Shown piece after piece: positions 24,889-36,290 of a stretch of DNA of 39,973 bases. A program made the translations under genes and the position numbers. The first letter of the stretch is position 1. Each line of letters starts with the position of its first letter. The notes beneath the pieces were generated by a model. It saw only the letters and a program-made list of their open reading frames with translations, did not search any database and was not told the DNA's origin. Origin of the DNA: Chiloscyllium plagiosum (taxonomy: Eukaryota); assembly GCF_004010195.1 (NCBI RefSeq), contig NC_057719.1:27477872-27517844 (forward strand), given 5' to 3'.

Positions 24889-25382
24889 TATTTTTGTCAG
24901 TCACTGAGGAAGTTACTTGTGACTTTGATAAGAGCAGTTTTGATATTATGACAGGGGTATAAACCAGATTGGTAGGGCACAGATGTCAAGTTCAAGTACG
25001 ATTTGCACAAAGACAGGAAGTGGCAACATGTTTGTGAACTATGGAGGGGAAAGAGAATTTAGAGATGGAGGTGTAGTTTGGCAGAATGGTGAGGTCAAAG
25101 GTTCCTTTTTGAGAAGAGCAATGATGGGTGTGAAGGAGAGGGGCACATAACCTGTGGAGAACCACCAATAATATCAGCTAACCTGAGAATCAGGAATAGA
25201 AGTTGGGTCAATATTACAGTTAATTTGATTATCTTTCTTAATTCTTTACAAGGATTTTAAAGACAATACCAGGAAAGACACAGCTAATGCATAATCCACA
25301 TAATCCACATCTACCTAATTTACATGCCACACAAGCAGAAGCTGAAGAAACTCAGCAGGTTTGATAGTATCTACATACATAT

Positions 25383-25411
25383 TATATATATATATATATA
25401 TATAAATATAT
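25383..25411. repeat. (TA)n microsatellite
   Basis: Direct reading. Confidence 0.9.
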
Positions 25412-26280
25412 CTCAGAGAGAAAAAAAACAGACACAGATCAGAGCAAACATTTCCAATGACCCATCAGCACAGGGTCTCTGTTCTGAAGAAGGGTCACTG
25501 ATGCAAAACCTGTACTCTGTTCCAGCGCTGTCCATATAGGTATCAGATTTCCAGCATTTGAACTTCTTTGCTTTTATTCTTAATTTACCTGCAGTTTGTG
25601 TTTGGACTATGCATTATTTTCTACAGTCAAAACAAACAGGTAATATGCTTGAATGAATAAGCAATCAAGATAAGTCACTGTAGGTGGCAGCAAATCAATT
25701 GATACAGATCCAAATCCAGTGAAGCATCTGCAAGCAATTCACATTTAAGATTAATAAAGCACACTAATCTTGTCAGAATTATTCAGATTATTAATTATTG
25801 AAGTTACACAAGGTTATCACTCTGAATAGAGCAGTCCCAATTTCAGTTCAACAATCCATATAAATTGTTTCAGAGAGGTTACATGTTCCATTTGTGACAT
25901 TCTCTAGCTCTTGTCAACAGGTGCGGAACCACAGATTTGCAACATATTACTGGGAACTGCATCCTACAACTTAAACAAACAATCACCTGGTATATTATCT
26001 TGCAATGTAATGCATCAGGTAAATAATATCCTTCAGTTAGTCATGTGATTGCTTCATGTTGCAAATTAATTTTTGGACCACGGTTGATAACTTTCAAAGC
26101 AATGATGAAAAGTTATTTGGCTGACAACACAGCCAGTTTTTTTTAAAAAACAGTGACACAAAGTTAACAATTTCACAACTGTCTGTGCTTAGTAGGATCC
26201 CTGTGCTTGTTTCACAGACAGATTACTGAGCAGGTTAGTTCAAAGAATTCACATGAAGATTACCCACTGAACTCAAATTT

Positions 26281-26885
26281 ACAATAGACAACAGGTGCAG
26301 GAGTAGGCCATTCTGCCCTTCGAGCCTGCATCACCATTCAATATGATCATGGCTGATCATCCTTAATCAGCATCCTGGTTCCTGCCTTATTTCCATAACC
26401 CTTGATTCCACTATCCTTGACAGCTCTATTCAACTCTTTCTTATATGAATCCAGAGAGTGGGCCTCCACTGCCCTCTGGGGCAGAGCATTCCACACAGCC
26501 ACCACTCTCTGGGTGAAGAAGTTTCTCCTCATCTCTGTCCTAAATGGTCTACCCCGTATTTTTAAGCTGTGTCCTCTGGTTCGGCACTCACCCATTAGCG
26601 GAAACATGTTTCTTGCCTCGAGAGTGTCCAATCCTTTAATAATCTTCTATGTCTCAATCAGATCCCCTCTCAGTCTTCTAAACTCAAGGGTATATAAGCC
26701 CAGTCACTCCAGTCTTTCAGCATAAGGTAGTCCCGCCATTCCAGGAATTGACCTTGTGAACCTACGCTGCACTTCCTCAATAGCCAGAATGTCTTTCCTC
26801 AAATTTGGAGACCAGAACTGCACACAGTACTCCAGGTGTGGTCTCACGAGGACCCTGTACAGCTGCAGAAGAACCTCTTTGCTCT
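26281..26885 (-). mobile_element. 5'-truncated CR1 LINE, second subfamily
   Basis: ORFs 26704..26994 ([14 protein letters not shown]) and 26347..26631 (NFFTQRVVAVWNALP). Near-identical opposite-strand copy at 39703-39973. Confidence 0.92.
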
Positions 26886-28239
26886 CATGCAAGCCCAATA
26901 TAAAATCCATATAGTTTTTAATGAAGATTAACAGGTTTAACTCATACATTAGAAAACATGGAAAACTCACAACTATAGGTTCCTTAGCATGCACACAATG
27001 CAGCTATTGTAAAATAGCAATGCCAGTGAGATTAGCAGTCCCTGAAGAGATATATTCAAACTGCTTTGTCAAATGTAAAAGTGAACAGACACCACCAGCT
27101 AAAGTTACTAGAGAAACAGGCAGAGTGATACATCGCCCATTGGATTTACTCAAAAGGAACTCTCATTGGAAACAATATCCCTTCCATTTATGAACAGTAC
27201 AAAGAACACACATCTTTAAAAGACAACCTGAAGGTATCGTAGAAAGGCCCAAGCCATAAGGGGTAAGATTTTTTAGTCAGCCTTCTGACTGCCTACAAAC
27301 CTCTGCTGTATATATGAACTGAGAGATAAAGTCCAACCGTGCAACAGATGACCCTACCAAAAGACAATTATGGTATCTAAATTATGACTGAAGACATGAA
27401 TATGGGTTCACTTTTCTGTCTGTGTCTGCTTTCTATGTATGTGCATCTGTAAAGCGACTGCCTTCTGATTCCAGCTGTCTTTTGTTCTTTACAGGAGTAG
27501 ATTCTTTGTTTATATTTTCTTTGACCCTCCTGCAGAATGTTTTTGTGTTCTGTTTACGTAGCTTTTTACCTTTCTTTTCCACTGGCAGTGCTTCCAGGTC
27601 AAGGATTTGCACCCAAGGAAATGATAATTGATCCTTTTACTTTTGAAGAAAACTCTTAAATCCTTTTTCAAATAATCCCATAAACATTTGCAGATTCCAC
27701 AGCTATTTTAAATAAATTATACATTTTCCTGTCGATAGAGCTTCCAGATCAAAAGATCATCACACATCAGAGCTGACACCAGTGAGCTTCACTCATAACT
27801 GTAAATCTGAAATAAACAACTGGTTCAGCAGCAGATAGGAGACACAGCCTTCTTAATGATAGCCCACTGGAGTTTAACACAATGCATCATCATATTTCAA
27901 TCATTTACAGTGATACAGCAGTATAACATTAATTAAAAGAATATACATGCAACTAAGTGCCAAAATTAAGAAACATCAATATTCAAATGAATTTTATTGA
28001 ATGTCACCTTTAATTCTAACATAAATTTCTACCAGACCACCTATTATTGGTTATCAGACTTTCGAAGGATAAGTGAACAGTCCAACTAATGACAGTAAAC
28101 TTTCATCTCAGTAAGAATTTCACAGTAAGCTCTGAGTTATGTCTTGATGAGTTGTAATGCAGTATTTCCTTCAAAAATCTACCATCTGGATTCCATGATC
28201 AACAGAACCCACCCTGCAAGGATTACTTAGAGGCTTTAG

Positions 28240-28590
28240 TTATTCATTCATAAGGTATGGGTATCACTGGAAAGGCCATCCTTAAATGCCCTTTAGAATG
28301 TGGTGATGGGTAACATGCTTGAATCCAGCTGAATGGTTTGCTTGGCCATTTCAATTTCAAACATATTGCTGTGGGACTGGAGTCACATGAAAGCCAGACT
28401 GTCCAAGGATGGCATATTTATTTATCTAAAAGACACAATGAAGTAGATTTTTTTTGACTAGCTGGTGGTTTCATGGTCTCCGTTGCTACTGGTAACTTCA
28501 TAATTCAAAAAAGTGCCATGCTGGTATTTGAGCATACATCACCCAGACCCTGGCTTACTGGCACAAAATCTTAATAACTGTGGTCCATCT
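28240..28590 (-). mobile_element. Decayed copy of the second SINE family
   Basis: 'acatattgctgtgggactggagtcacatg..agccagact' is the reverse complement of ~10900-10945. Confidence 0.6.
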
Positions 28591-29289
28591 CCCCAGAAAG
28601 CCATGGCATTCTTCTAAATAATAATAATCCGAACATATTTGCTGTATGTGCAATCAGTGGCTACTACATATAATGTGATTGTTGGCCATGTTGATGCTAC
28701 ATAGCCATCAATGAGGAATCAGTGACGCTAAAAATACAATCAGCTAAGTCCTGCTATGCCACTGATGAAAAAGAGCCTCCAGGATTTTGTGAGAATGGAG
28801 CACAAGCACTAAAAGAAAACACCTCACCTTGTGGTTTAACTGCTCCTTTGGCCTGGAACTCATGGTAGGTGATACAAATATAGGCCACTTTAGATTATGG
28901 GGATTCCTGTTTTCCTGCATTCTTTCACATATTCCAAGATGAAGAAATTACTATTTCCTATCTTCTTCTCCTGCTTGAGATTGCTATTTTCTCAGTCCTC
29001 TTTGGCAAATTAAATATGGTAGCCACTGATACAAATACAAAACTCCAATCCCAAATTCTTGTCTTGTTTCTCTGATGCAATACTTGCCTCACTTTACCCC
29101 AAGATCAGGTCATCAGCTCATCTCCAAACTCACAGCAACCATTTGACAAAGTAATGAATACGTTATACCAAAGGCTGATAGCTTATATTAGAAGCCTGTC
29201 ACCAACGAGAGGCTGCAATGTGGGATTACTTCCAATATTTGATCTTCAGATCACTGGAAACAGTTTGCCTGTTCTCTCCTACCATAACC

Positions 29290-29450
29290 TGATGTAGTGT
29301 CATTAAACCATATCTGCCTGTTCAAGTCGGCATAAATGATCCCACGGTGCTATTTCAAACAGCACTGCTGTTATCCCTCATATATCCCCCAATATATATT
29401 CCTCAATCAATATCACAAAAACAAATTATCTGGTCATTATCATAGTGTCA
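29290..29450 (+). mobile_element. Deu-domain SINE relic
   Basis: 'gatcccacggtgctatttcaa...cctcaatcaatatcacaaaaacaaattatctggtcattatcat' resembles the recalled Deu domain of SacSINE1/AmnSINE1. Confidence 0.55.
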
Positions 29451-30278
29451 ACCATATTCGCAATAAAAAAAAAGTTGACAGAAATATAGACGTTAGTGAC
29501 GCCAACACAACGAAAAGTTACCATCGTGAGTCCTACAGTTCGATCTCTCCACTTGGAGAGTACTGGATATCGGGCTACACTATGTGAGCAATAACTGGCT
29601 TCCCAGTTCCCAAGCTGTCAGATATAGCGTGGCTGAAAGAACAGTATTAGTGAATCTTAAAGCTCAAAGCTGACTTTGGGTTGACATGATTCGATTATCT
29701 CGTCGCCAGCTTGTATGCAACTTCAATCGATCACTTTTCACGTTCCTATTTTGTATTAATGGATAGATTCATTTGTAAAATAGCTGATTGCAAAGAAAGG
29801 CGCATTTTGAAAACAAGTTGTAATGTCGATAGTACAAGACTTTCAACGCCTAAACGCCAATTCAAATTTTAAAAGTTGCAGAAAGTTAAATTAATAAATT
29901 GGAATCATATGCAAGAAATAAAATAGATCAAAATGACTCGTTCTTAAAAAGAAAGCCATAAAACCGCAAGTAGGAGAAAAGTGAATCGAATATAACGTAG
30001 CAGAAATATTCAATTCATTCATTCAAATTAACTGAAAGTGTGTGGATTGTACTGCACTCCCGCTTTGATCAAAAAGCCGCTTGACAACGCACCGAGGCTC
30101 GAATTGATTTTTTTAAGCCGACACAGTTGTCAGACAATTTGCAGTTATCTTTGCAATTGGAATAAAACGTGCGTTTGGACTAACTGAGATAAGGTAGCCA
30201 CCGGTTTACAGATAGAAAACAAAACCTTCTGTTACAGTCATGTCCTTTCTTTGTCCGCCCAAGATAAACACCACTTAC

Positions 30279-30311
30279 CTTACGAGAACCGAAAGATCCA
30301 GCTGACAACAT
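30279..30311 (-). other. Candidate 5' exon end with perfect donor (possible start MLSAGSFGSRK)
   Basis: AAG|GTAAGT at 30279/30278 in CpG-retaining unique DNA. ATG at 30311 gives 11 codons, phase 0. Confidence 0.35.
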
Positions 30312-30689
30312 GAACGAGCAGAGCTGGAAATTAGTCCGGGGCTGGAAACGATGCCAGGGAATGCGTTTGACTAGCCGTCAGACCCAGATCGACAGCCCAG
30401 GGAGGGAACTAAAATACTAAATCAAAACCTCGCAATCACAATCTCACTCCAATATGTGGCCCAAGTCCCGATAATAGACACGCACACACCATAAAAACAA
30501 ACAACACTGCTATTTGTAAACAAATTAAGCCCGTGTGGTAGATCACGGACCAGACAAGAAGGCTTCAGTATCCGAAGTCCAAATCAAGTGTAGCAAACTG
30601 GGCAACTTTCCGGAGTTTTCCAACCCACCCGCTTTCCCTTCACCTCTTCACTAAATCAGTCGAGTTAATTATTTTGATCAGGCATCATC

Positions 30690-31068
30690 CGTCCCCTCCC
30701 CTCGCCATCATCCCCACCCCCACCCATCATTCCACACCCCCCATAATCTCCCTCTCCTCCNNNNNNNNNNNNNNNNNNNNNNNNNNNNNNNNNNNNNNNN
30801 NNNNNNNNNNNNNNNNNNNNNNNNNNNNNNNNNNNNNNNNNNNNNNNNNNNNNNNNNNNNNNNNNNNNNNNNNNNNNNNNNNNNNNNNNCCTCCTCCTCC
30901 ATCATCTTCCTATCTCCCTCCATCATCTCCCTCCCCATCATCTCCCTCTCTCCATCATCTCCCTCCCCATCATCTCTCTCCATCATCTCCCTCCTCCTCC
31001 ATCATCTCCCTCTCTCCCTCATCTCCCTCTCCATCATACCCACCTCCTCCCCCCTTCCCTCCATAATC
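30690..31068. repeat. Pyrimidine-rich (CCATCATCTCCCT)-like low-complexity repeat
   Basis: Repeated ccatcatctccctc units flank the gap. Confidence 0.9.
30761..30889. other. Assembly gap (129 N)
   Basis: Run of n. Confidence 1.
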
Positions 31069-31259
31069 TCGTTGTGAATGACACTCGATCTTGGGCAGGG
31101 AGAGGGGGGATTAGAGAGGCAGGGTTGGAGAAGACACAACAACATCCCCCACCCACACACCTTCCTCCAAAACAAAACAAACACTAAAGTTGGGGATCGG
31201 ACGGTGGGAGCGGGAGAGTAGTTGATGGTTGGATAGTGTTGGGGATGGGATCCCACTGT

Positions 31260-31700
31260 TTTCTATTGCCGTCCTGGCTACCAATGTTGCTGCCGCTTGT
31301 AGTGGGGTGGGGGGGGGGGCGGAGTTAGTCCAGGAGGCCGCTCCCGGGCAGAGAGCCGGGTCAGCATACCCCTCCCCCACTAACAGCCCTGCGCCAACCC
31401 CCACCCCATACACACACCGTCAGTAACCGCCGCTTCCCCCCACCTGACACCGCGGCCGCCCCGCCGATTGGCCCCCCCCCGGGTGAGCGCGAGCGCAGGT
31501 TTTTGCCTGGTTTCCAAGGGCGCGTTGCTATGGCGCCCGCTTGACGCTCGCGGAGGTTGACCTTCACCCTGAGCCTCCACCACACCAACTGACCCGGGCT
31601 CAGACCCTTCTGCAGCTTCAATCCGGGGGTGCAGCCGACCCGTTGGGTCTGTTTTCCTTTGTTTGTTTGTTTTCGGCGGGTTCGTTTTCAATCAAAGGAA
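31260..31700. promoter_or_regulatory. CpG-island core, probable promoter of the SERTAD4-like gene
   Basis: Dense CpG in a CpG-depleted window, with elevated CpG extending over ~29.5-32.3 kb. GC boxes GGGGCGGAG (31316-31324) and CCGCCCC (31456-31462), ATTGG (31467-31471), NotI site (31452-31459). Confidence 0.7.
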
Positions 31701-32194
31701 AGAATACATTCACCTCGAATACAGTCACCTCCTGACTTGATGTTTCAATCTGTCTCTCTCTCTCTCTGTATATATTCTCCCGCTGCAAGCAAGTAATGAA
31801 GATCCAGTGGAACTGTCTGAGCCCCTTCCAGTTGTCACCTGTAACTTCAACTCCAGAAAGGGCAGACGTCGAGTGTATGATTTAGATCGCCGATTTTTTC
31901 TTAAAGTAAATGTCAGCTGCAAAGACTCGCCTTCAGCCCCACGGTGCTTTCACCTTGTCACTGCAGTAGCCTGATCTTTCCTTGACCATCTTGCACTTCC
32001 CTGAAGCTGCAGCAGGAGCTTTCGTGGCAAGGGTAGGATTCTTCGCGCACAGGGGCCAAACAACCTCCCCCCCCCCCCCTCACACTTTGGTAAAGTTGGG
32101 CACTAAAATTAAAACCCTGGGGGTGAGAATACATGAACTCAGAAGAAATGTCAGATTGGACTCGAGTTGTTGACCCAGTTTATTTCCATACAGG

Positions 32195-32572
32195 GAACAA
32201 CAAATGCTGGAGATCACAGCGCGTCAGACACCATCCATGGAGAGAGAGCAAGCTAATGTTTCGTCGAGATGACTCTTCATCAGAGCTGAAGTGTGAAGGG
32301 GACAACATTTTTGCTATTATTTGGGGGGTGGGGGGTCTGGGGTGGGGATAGTGGGTGTAGGCTGCTGGCAGAAAAAAGATATTATTAGTTCAGACCAGGA
32401 TGTGAGTATGTCAGAACAATGGTGTGTCTTCTGCCAAACTTGAAAGGACAGTAACTGTGATGGGGCAGGGGAGGACATGATAAAAGAAAGATACTGCCAG
32501 ACCAACTGAGTTTCTCCAACACTTTGTTTTTTTTTAATTTCAGATTTCCAGTGTTCACAGTATTTTGCTTTT
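32195..32572. mobile_element. Family B Penelope-type repeat: minus arm with hammerhead-like core and a partial inverted arm at ~32490-32572
   Basis: Minus strand reads AGCT CTGATGA(32283-32277) AGA GTC ATCTC GAC GAAAC ATT AGCT, with a perfect 4-bp stem I. Confidence 0.65.
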
Positions 32573-32862
32573 ATCCTGAGGGCGAAAAGTTAAGTTCATT
32601 GGCTTTTATTTTGCATTATTAGTTAGTTCTCTTACAGTTTCAAGTTGGTATCTGTGGCACATAAACCCTGTCAAGGGTCAGAACGGTTGAGTGCCAGACT
32701 TTTGCTGGCTTTAACATGTGTACAGTGAGCATCCATCAGAACAATACAGAGTAGGGTCGTCATGACATGAAACAGCATGTCACATTAATTCAACAGCAAC
32801 GATGCAATTTAAGAACTCAATATCCAAACAAATCCCTCTCTTAACTCTGCACTGCGAAATAC

Positions 32863-35140
32863 ATAGTCATAGAGATGTACAGCACAGAAACAGACCCTTC
32901 AGTCCAACTTGTCCATGCCGACCAGATATCCCAGCCTATTTTTGTCCCACTTGCCAGCACCCGGCCCATATCCCTCCAAACATTTCTGTTCATATACCCA
33001 TCCAGATTCCTTTTAAATGTTGCAATTGTACTGGCCTCCGCCACTTCCCCTGGCAGCTTTGTGTGAAAAAGTTGCCCCTTCGGTCTCTACCATATCTTTC
33101 CCCTCTCACCATAAACCTATTCTTTCTAGTTCTGGACTCCCCATCCCAGGGAAGAGATTTTGTCTATTTATCCTCTACATGCCCTTCATGATTATATAAA
33201 CTTCTGTAAGGTCACCCCTCAGTCTCCGATGCTCCAGAGAAAACAGCCCCAGCCTATTCAACCTCGCCCTTTAGCTCAAATCATTCAAACCTGGCAACAT
33301 CCTTGTAAATCTTTTCTGAACACTTTCAAGTGTCACACCATCCTTCCAATAGGAAGGAGACCAGAATTGCACACAATATTCCAAAAGTGGCCTAACCAAT
33401 ATCCTGGGTACAGCCGCAACATAAACTCCCAACTCCTGTACTCAATACTCTGACCAATAACGGAAAGCATACCAAATACCTTCTTCACTATCCTATCTAC
33501 CTGCGACTCTACTTTCAAGGAGCTATGAACCTGCACTCCAAGGTCTCTTTGTTCAGCAACACTCCCTAGGACCTGATCATTAAGTGTCAAAGTTCTGCTA
33601 AGATTTGCTTTCCCAAAATGCAGCACCTCGCATTTATCTAACTGAAACTCCATCTGCTACTCCACAGCCCATTGGCCTATGATCAAGATCCCGTTTTAAT
33701 CTGAGGTAACCTTCTTCGCTGTCCACCACATCTCTAATTTTGGTGTTATCTGCAAACTTACTAACTATACCTCTTGTGTTCTCATCCAAATCATTTATAT
33801 AAATGACAAAAAGTAGTGGACCCAGCATCGATTCTTGTGGCACTCCACTGGTCACGGGCCTCCAGTCTGTAAAACAACAGTCCACCATCACCCTCTGTCT
33901 TCTACCTTTGAGCCAGTTCTGTATCCAAATGGCTAGTTCTCCGTGTATTCCATGAGATCTAACCTTGCTAACCAGTGTGCCATGGGGAATCTTGTCGAAC
34001 GCCATACTGAATTCCATATAGATCACGTCTACCACTCTGCCCTCATCAATCCTCTTTGTTACTTCTTCAAAAAACTCAATCAAGTTTGGGAGACATGATT
34101 TTCCATGCACAAAGCCATGTTGACTATCCCTAATCAGTCCTTGCCTTTCCAAATACATGTACATCCTGTCCCTCAGGATTCCCTCCAACAACTTGTTCAC
34201 TACTGACATCAGACTCGCCAGTCTATAGTTCCTTGGCTTGTCTTTACCACCTTTCTTAAACAGAGGCACCACATGAGCCAACCTCCAGTCTTGCGGCACC
34301 TCACCAGCAACTATCAATGATACAAGTATCTCAGCAAGGGGCCCAGCAATCACTTCCCTAGTTTCCCACAGACTTCTCATAGGAACATTAACATACTGAC
34401 TCAGAAAATTCCTCTCCATTTAAAACCCTTAACATTATGGTAGTCCCAGTCTATATTTGGAAAGTTAAAATTCCCTACCATAACCACCCTATTATTCTTA
34501 CACATAACTCAATTTCCTGCTGACTATTAGGGGTCTATAGTACAATCCCAATAAGGTAATCATCCCTTTCTTATTTCTCAGTTCCACCCAAGTAACCTCC
34601 CTGGATGTATTTCCGGGAATATCCTCCCTCAGTACAGATGTAATACTGTCCCTTATCAAAAATGCCACTCCCCCTCCTCTCTTGACTTCTTTTCTATCCT
34701 TGGAGAAAGTGAAGACCGCAGATGCTGGAGACCAGAGTTGAAAAATGTGGTGCTGGAAAAACACAGCAGGCCAGGCGGCATCCGAGGAGCAGGAGAATCG
34801 ACATTTCGGGCATAAGCCCTTCTTCAAGAATCTGAATTCCTGAAGAAGGGCTTATGCCTGAAACGTCGATTCTCCTGCTCCTCGGATGCTGCCTGGCCTG
34901 CTTCTTTTCTATCCTTCCTATAGCATTTGTATTCTGGAACATTAAGCTGTCAGTCCTGTCCATCCCTGAGCCACATTTCTGTAATTGCTATGATATCCCA
35001 GTCCCATGTTCCTAACCATGCCCTGAGTTCATCTGCCTTCCCTGTTAGGCCTCTTGCATTGAAATAAATGCAGTTTAATTTATCAGTCCTACCTTGTTCT
35101 CTGCTTTGTCTGTGTCTGCCCTGACTGTTTGACTCGCTTA
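32863..35140 (-). mobile_element. CR1 LINE with intact 3' end, decayed RT and endonuclease, and an ~0.8-kb internal deletion at ~34372
   Basis: ORF 33634..34419 has [32 protein letters not shown] and FADN (catalytic DD lost). APE motifs YFNARGL, DIIAITEMWL and GGGVAFLI are also present. Confidence 0.95.
34702..34900. mobile_element. Family A Penelope-type inverted dimer with 16-bp TSD, nested in CR1
   Basis: cttcttttctatcctt at 34686-34701 and 34901-34916. Arms ~34766-34831 and ~34836-34901. The empty site is visible in the CR1 copy near 2570-2590. Confidence 0.88.
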
Positions 35141-35247
35141 GAGTCAGGCAGCATCCGAGGAGCTGGAAAATCAATGTTTCGGGCAAAAGCCCTTCATCAG
35201 GAATTCCTGCCTGACCTGCTGTGCCTTTCCAGCACCACACTCTTGAC
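35141..35247. mobile_element. Family A Penelope-type inverted fragment at the junction of two CR1 pieces
   Basis: Minus strand reads GAATTC CTGATGA(35200-35194) A GGGC TTTT GCCC GAAAC ATT GATTT, followed by a short plus arm. Confidence 0.75.
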
Positions 35248-35942
35248 AAGAACTTTCAAAAGCTGATTGGGGACAGATGTTCGCAAGTAAAGGGACGGCT
35301 GGAAAATGGGAAGCCTTCAGAAATGAGATAACGAGAGTCCAGATACTGTATATTTCTGTTACAGTGAAAGGAAAGGCTGGTTAAGAAAAAGAAGGAAGCA
35401 TATGTCAGGTATAGACAAGATAGATCGAGTGAATCCTTAGAAGAGTATAAAGGATTTTTACAAATACATTAAGGACAAAAGGGTAACTAGGGAGAGAATA
35501 GGGTCCATTAGAGATCAGCAAGGCGGCCTTTGTGTGGAACTACAGGAGATGGAGGAGATAGTAAATGAGTATTTTGCATCAGTGTTTCCTGTGGAAAAGG
35601 ACATGAAAGATATAGAATGTAGGGAAATTGATGGTGACATCTTGAAAAGTGTCCATATTACAGAGGAGGAAGTGCTGGATGTAGATAAAAGTAGATAAAC
35701 CCCCAGGACCTGATCAGGTGTTCTCCAGAACTCTGTGGGAAGCTGGGGAAGTGATTGCTGGGCCCCATGCTAAGATATTTGTATCATTAATAGTCACAGA
35801 TGAGGTGCCAGAAGATTGGAGTTGGCTAATGTGGTGCCACTGTTTAAAAAGGGTAGTAAGAACAAACCAGAGAACTATAGAACAGTGCACCTAACATCAG
35901 TGGTGGGCAAGGTTTTGGAGGGAATCTTCCAGGGACAGGACG
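35247..35942 (+). mobile_element. CR1 ORF2 internal fragment on the plus strand
   Basis: Reverse complement of ~1215-2027. Encodes [17 protein letters not shown] and PENYRTV. Confidence 0.9.
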
Positions 35943-36290
35943 TGTAGAGGAGAGAGGAAGAAGTAGGGTTCTCAGTAGAAGCCATACACATTCCTGTTGT
36001 TCAGGAAGCAACTCTCACAACTAAACCTCGGTGAAAAACAATATGTGAACTATTTATGTTTCATTAATGATCCCGCAACTGAAAACTGTTACCTTCTGCA
36101 GCCACAACTGTACCATCAGTGCAGGGAATGTGAATCACATGGTCATTATTGTGAAGATGTCCATAAAAATGAAACCTCAGGCATCGAGCTCCTTCTAGAC
36201 TAAAGTTTGAGATATTTGCATTAACATACAATTTAGCATTTACTTTTGTGTAAGGGAGGTAGGTCACTGAGACAGTCTATTCAAATCAAG

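Larger units (their letters stand above)
24165..25215 (-). mobile_element. Decayed L2-like LINE, interrupted by Penelope-type repeats
   Basis: Purine-rich plus strand. 'aggaaggaaattccagagcttaggg' reads P-K-L-W-N-x-L-P on the minus strand, typical of the L2/CR1 ORF2 C-terminus. Confidence 0.5.

Noticed and set aside
30674..31066. Pro/Ser-rich and Glu/Gly-rich ORFs
   Set aside because: Translations of a low-complexity repeat across an N gap.
31002..32173. Cluster of overlapping 60-100 aa ORFs
   Set aside because: Expected in GC-rich island DNA with few stop codons; no recognisable domain.
33634..34419. 261-aa reverse transcriptase ORF as a functional gene
   Set aside because: Catalytic FADD is FADN, the ORF spans an internal deletion, and frameshifts flank it. 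It is a dead CR1.
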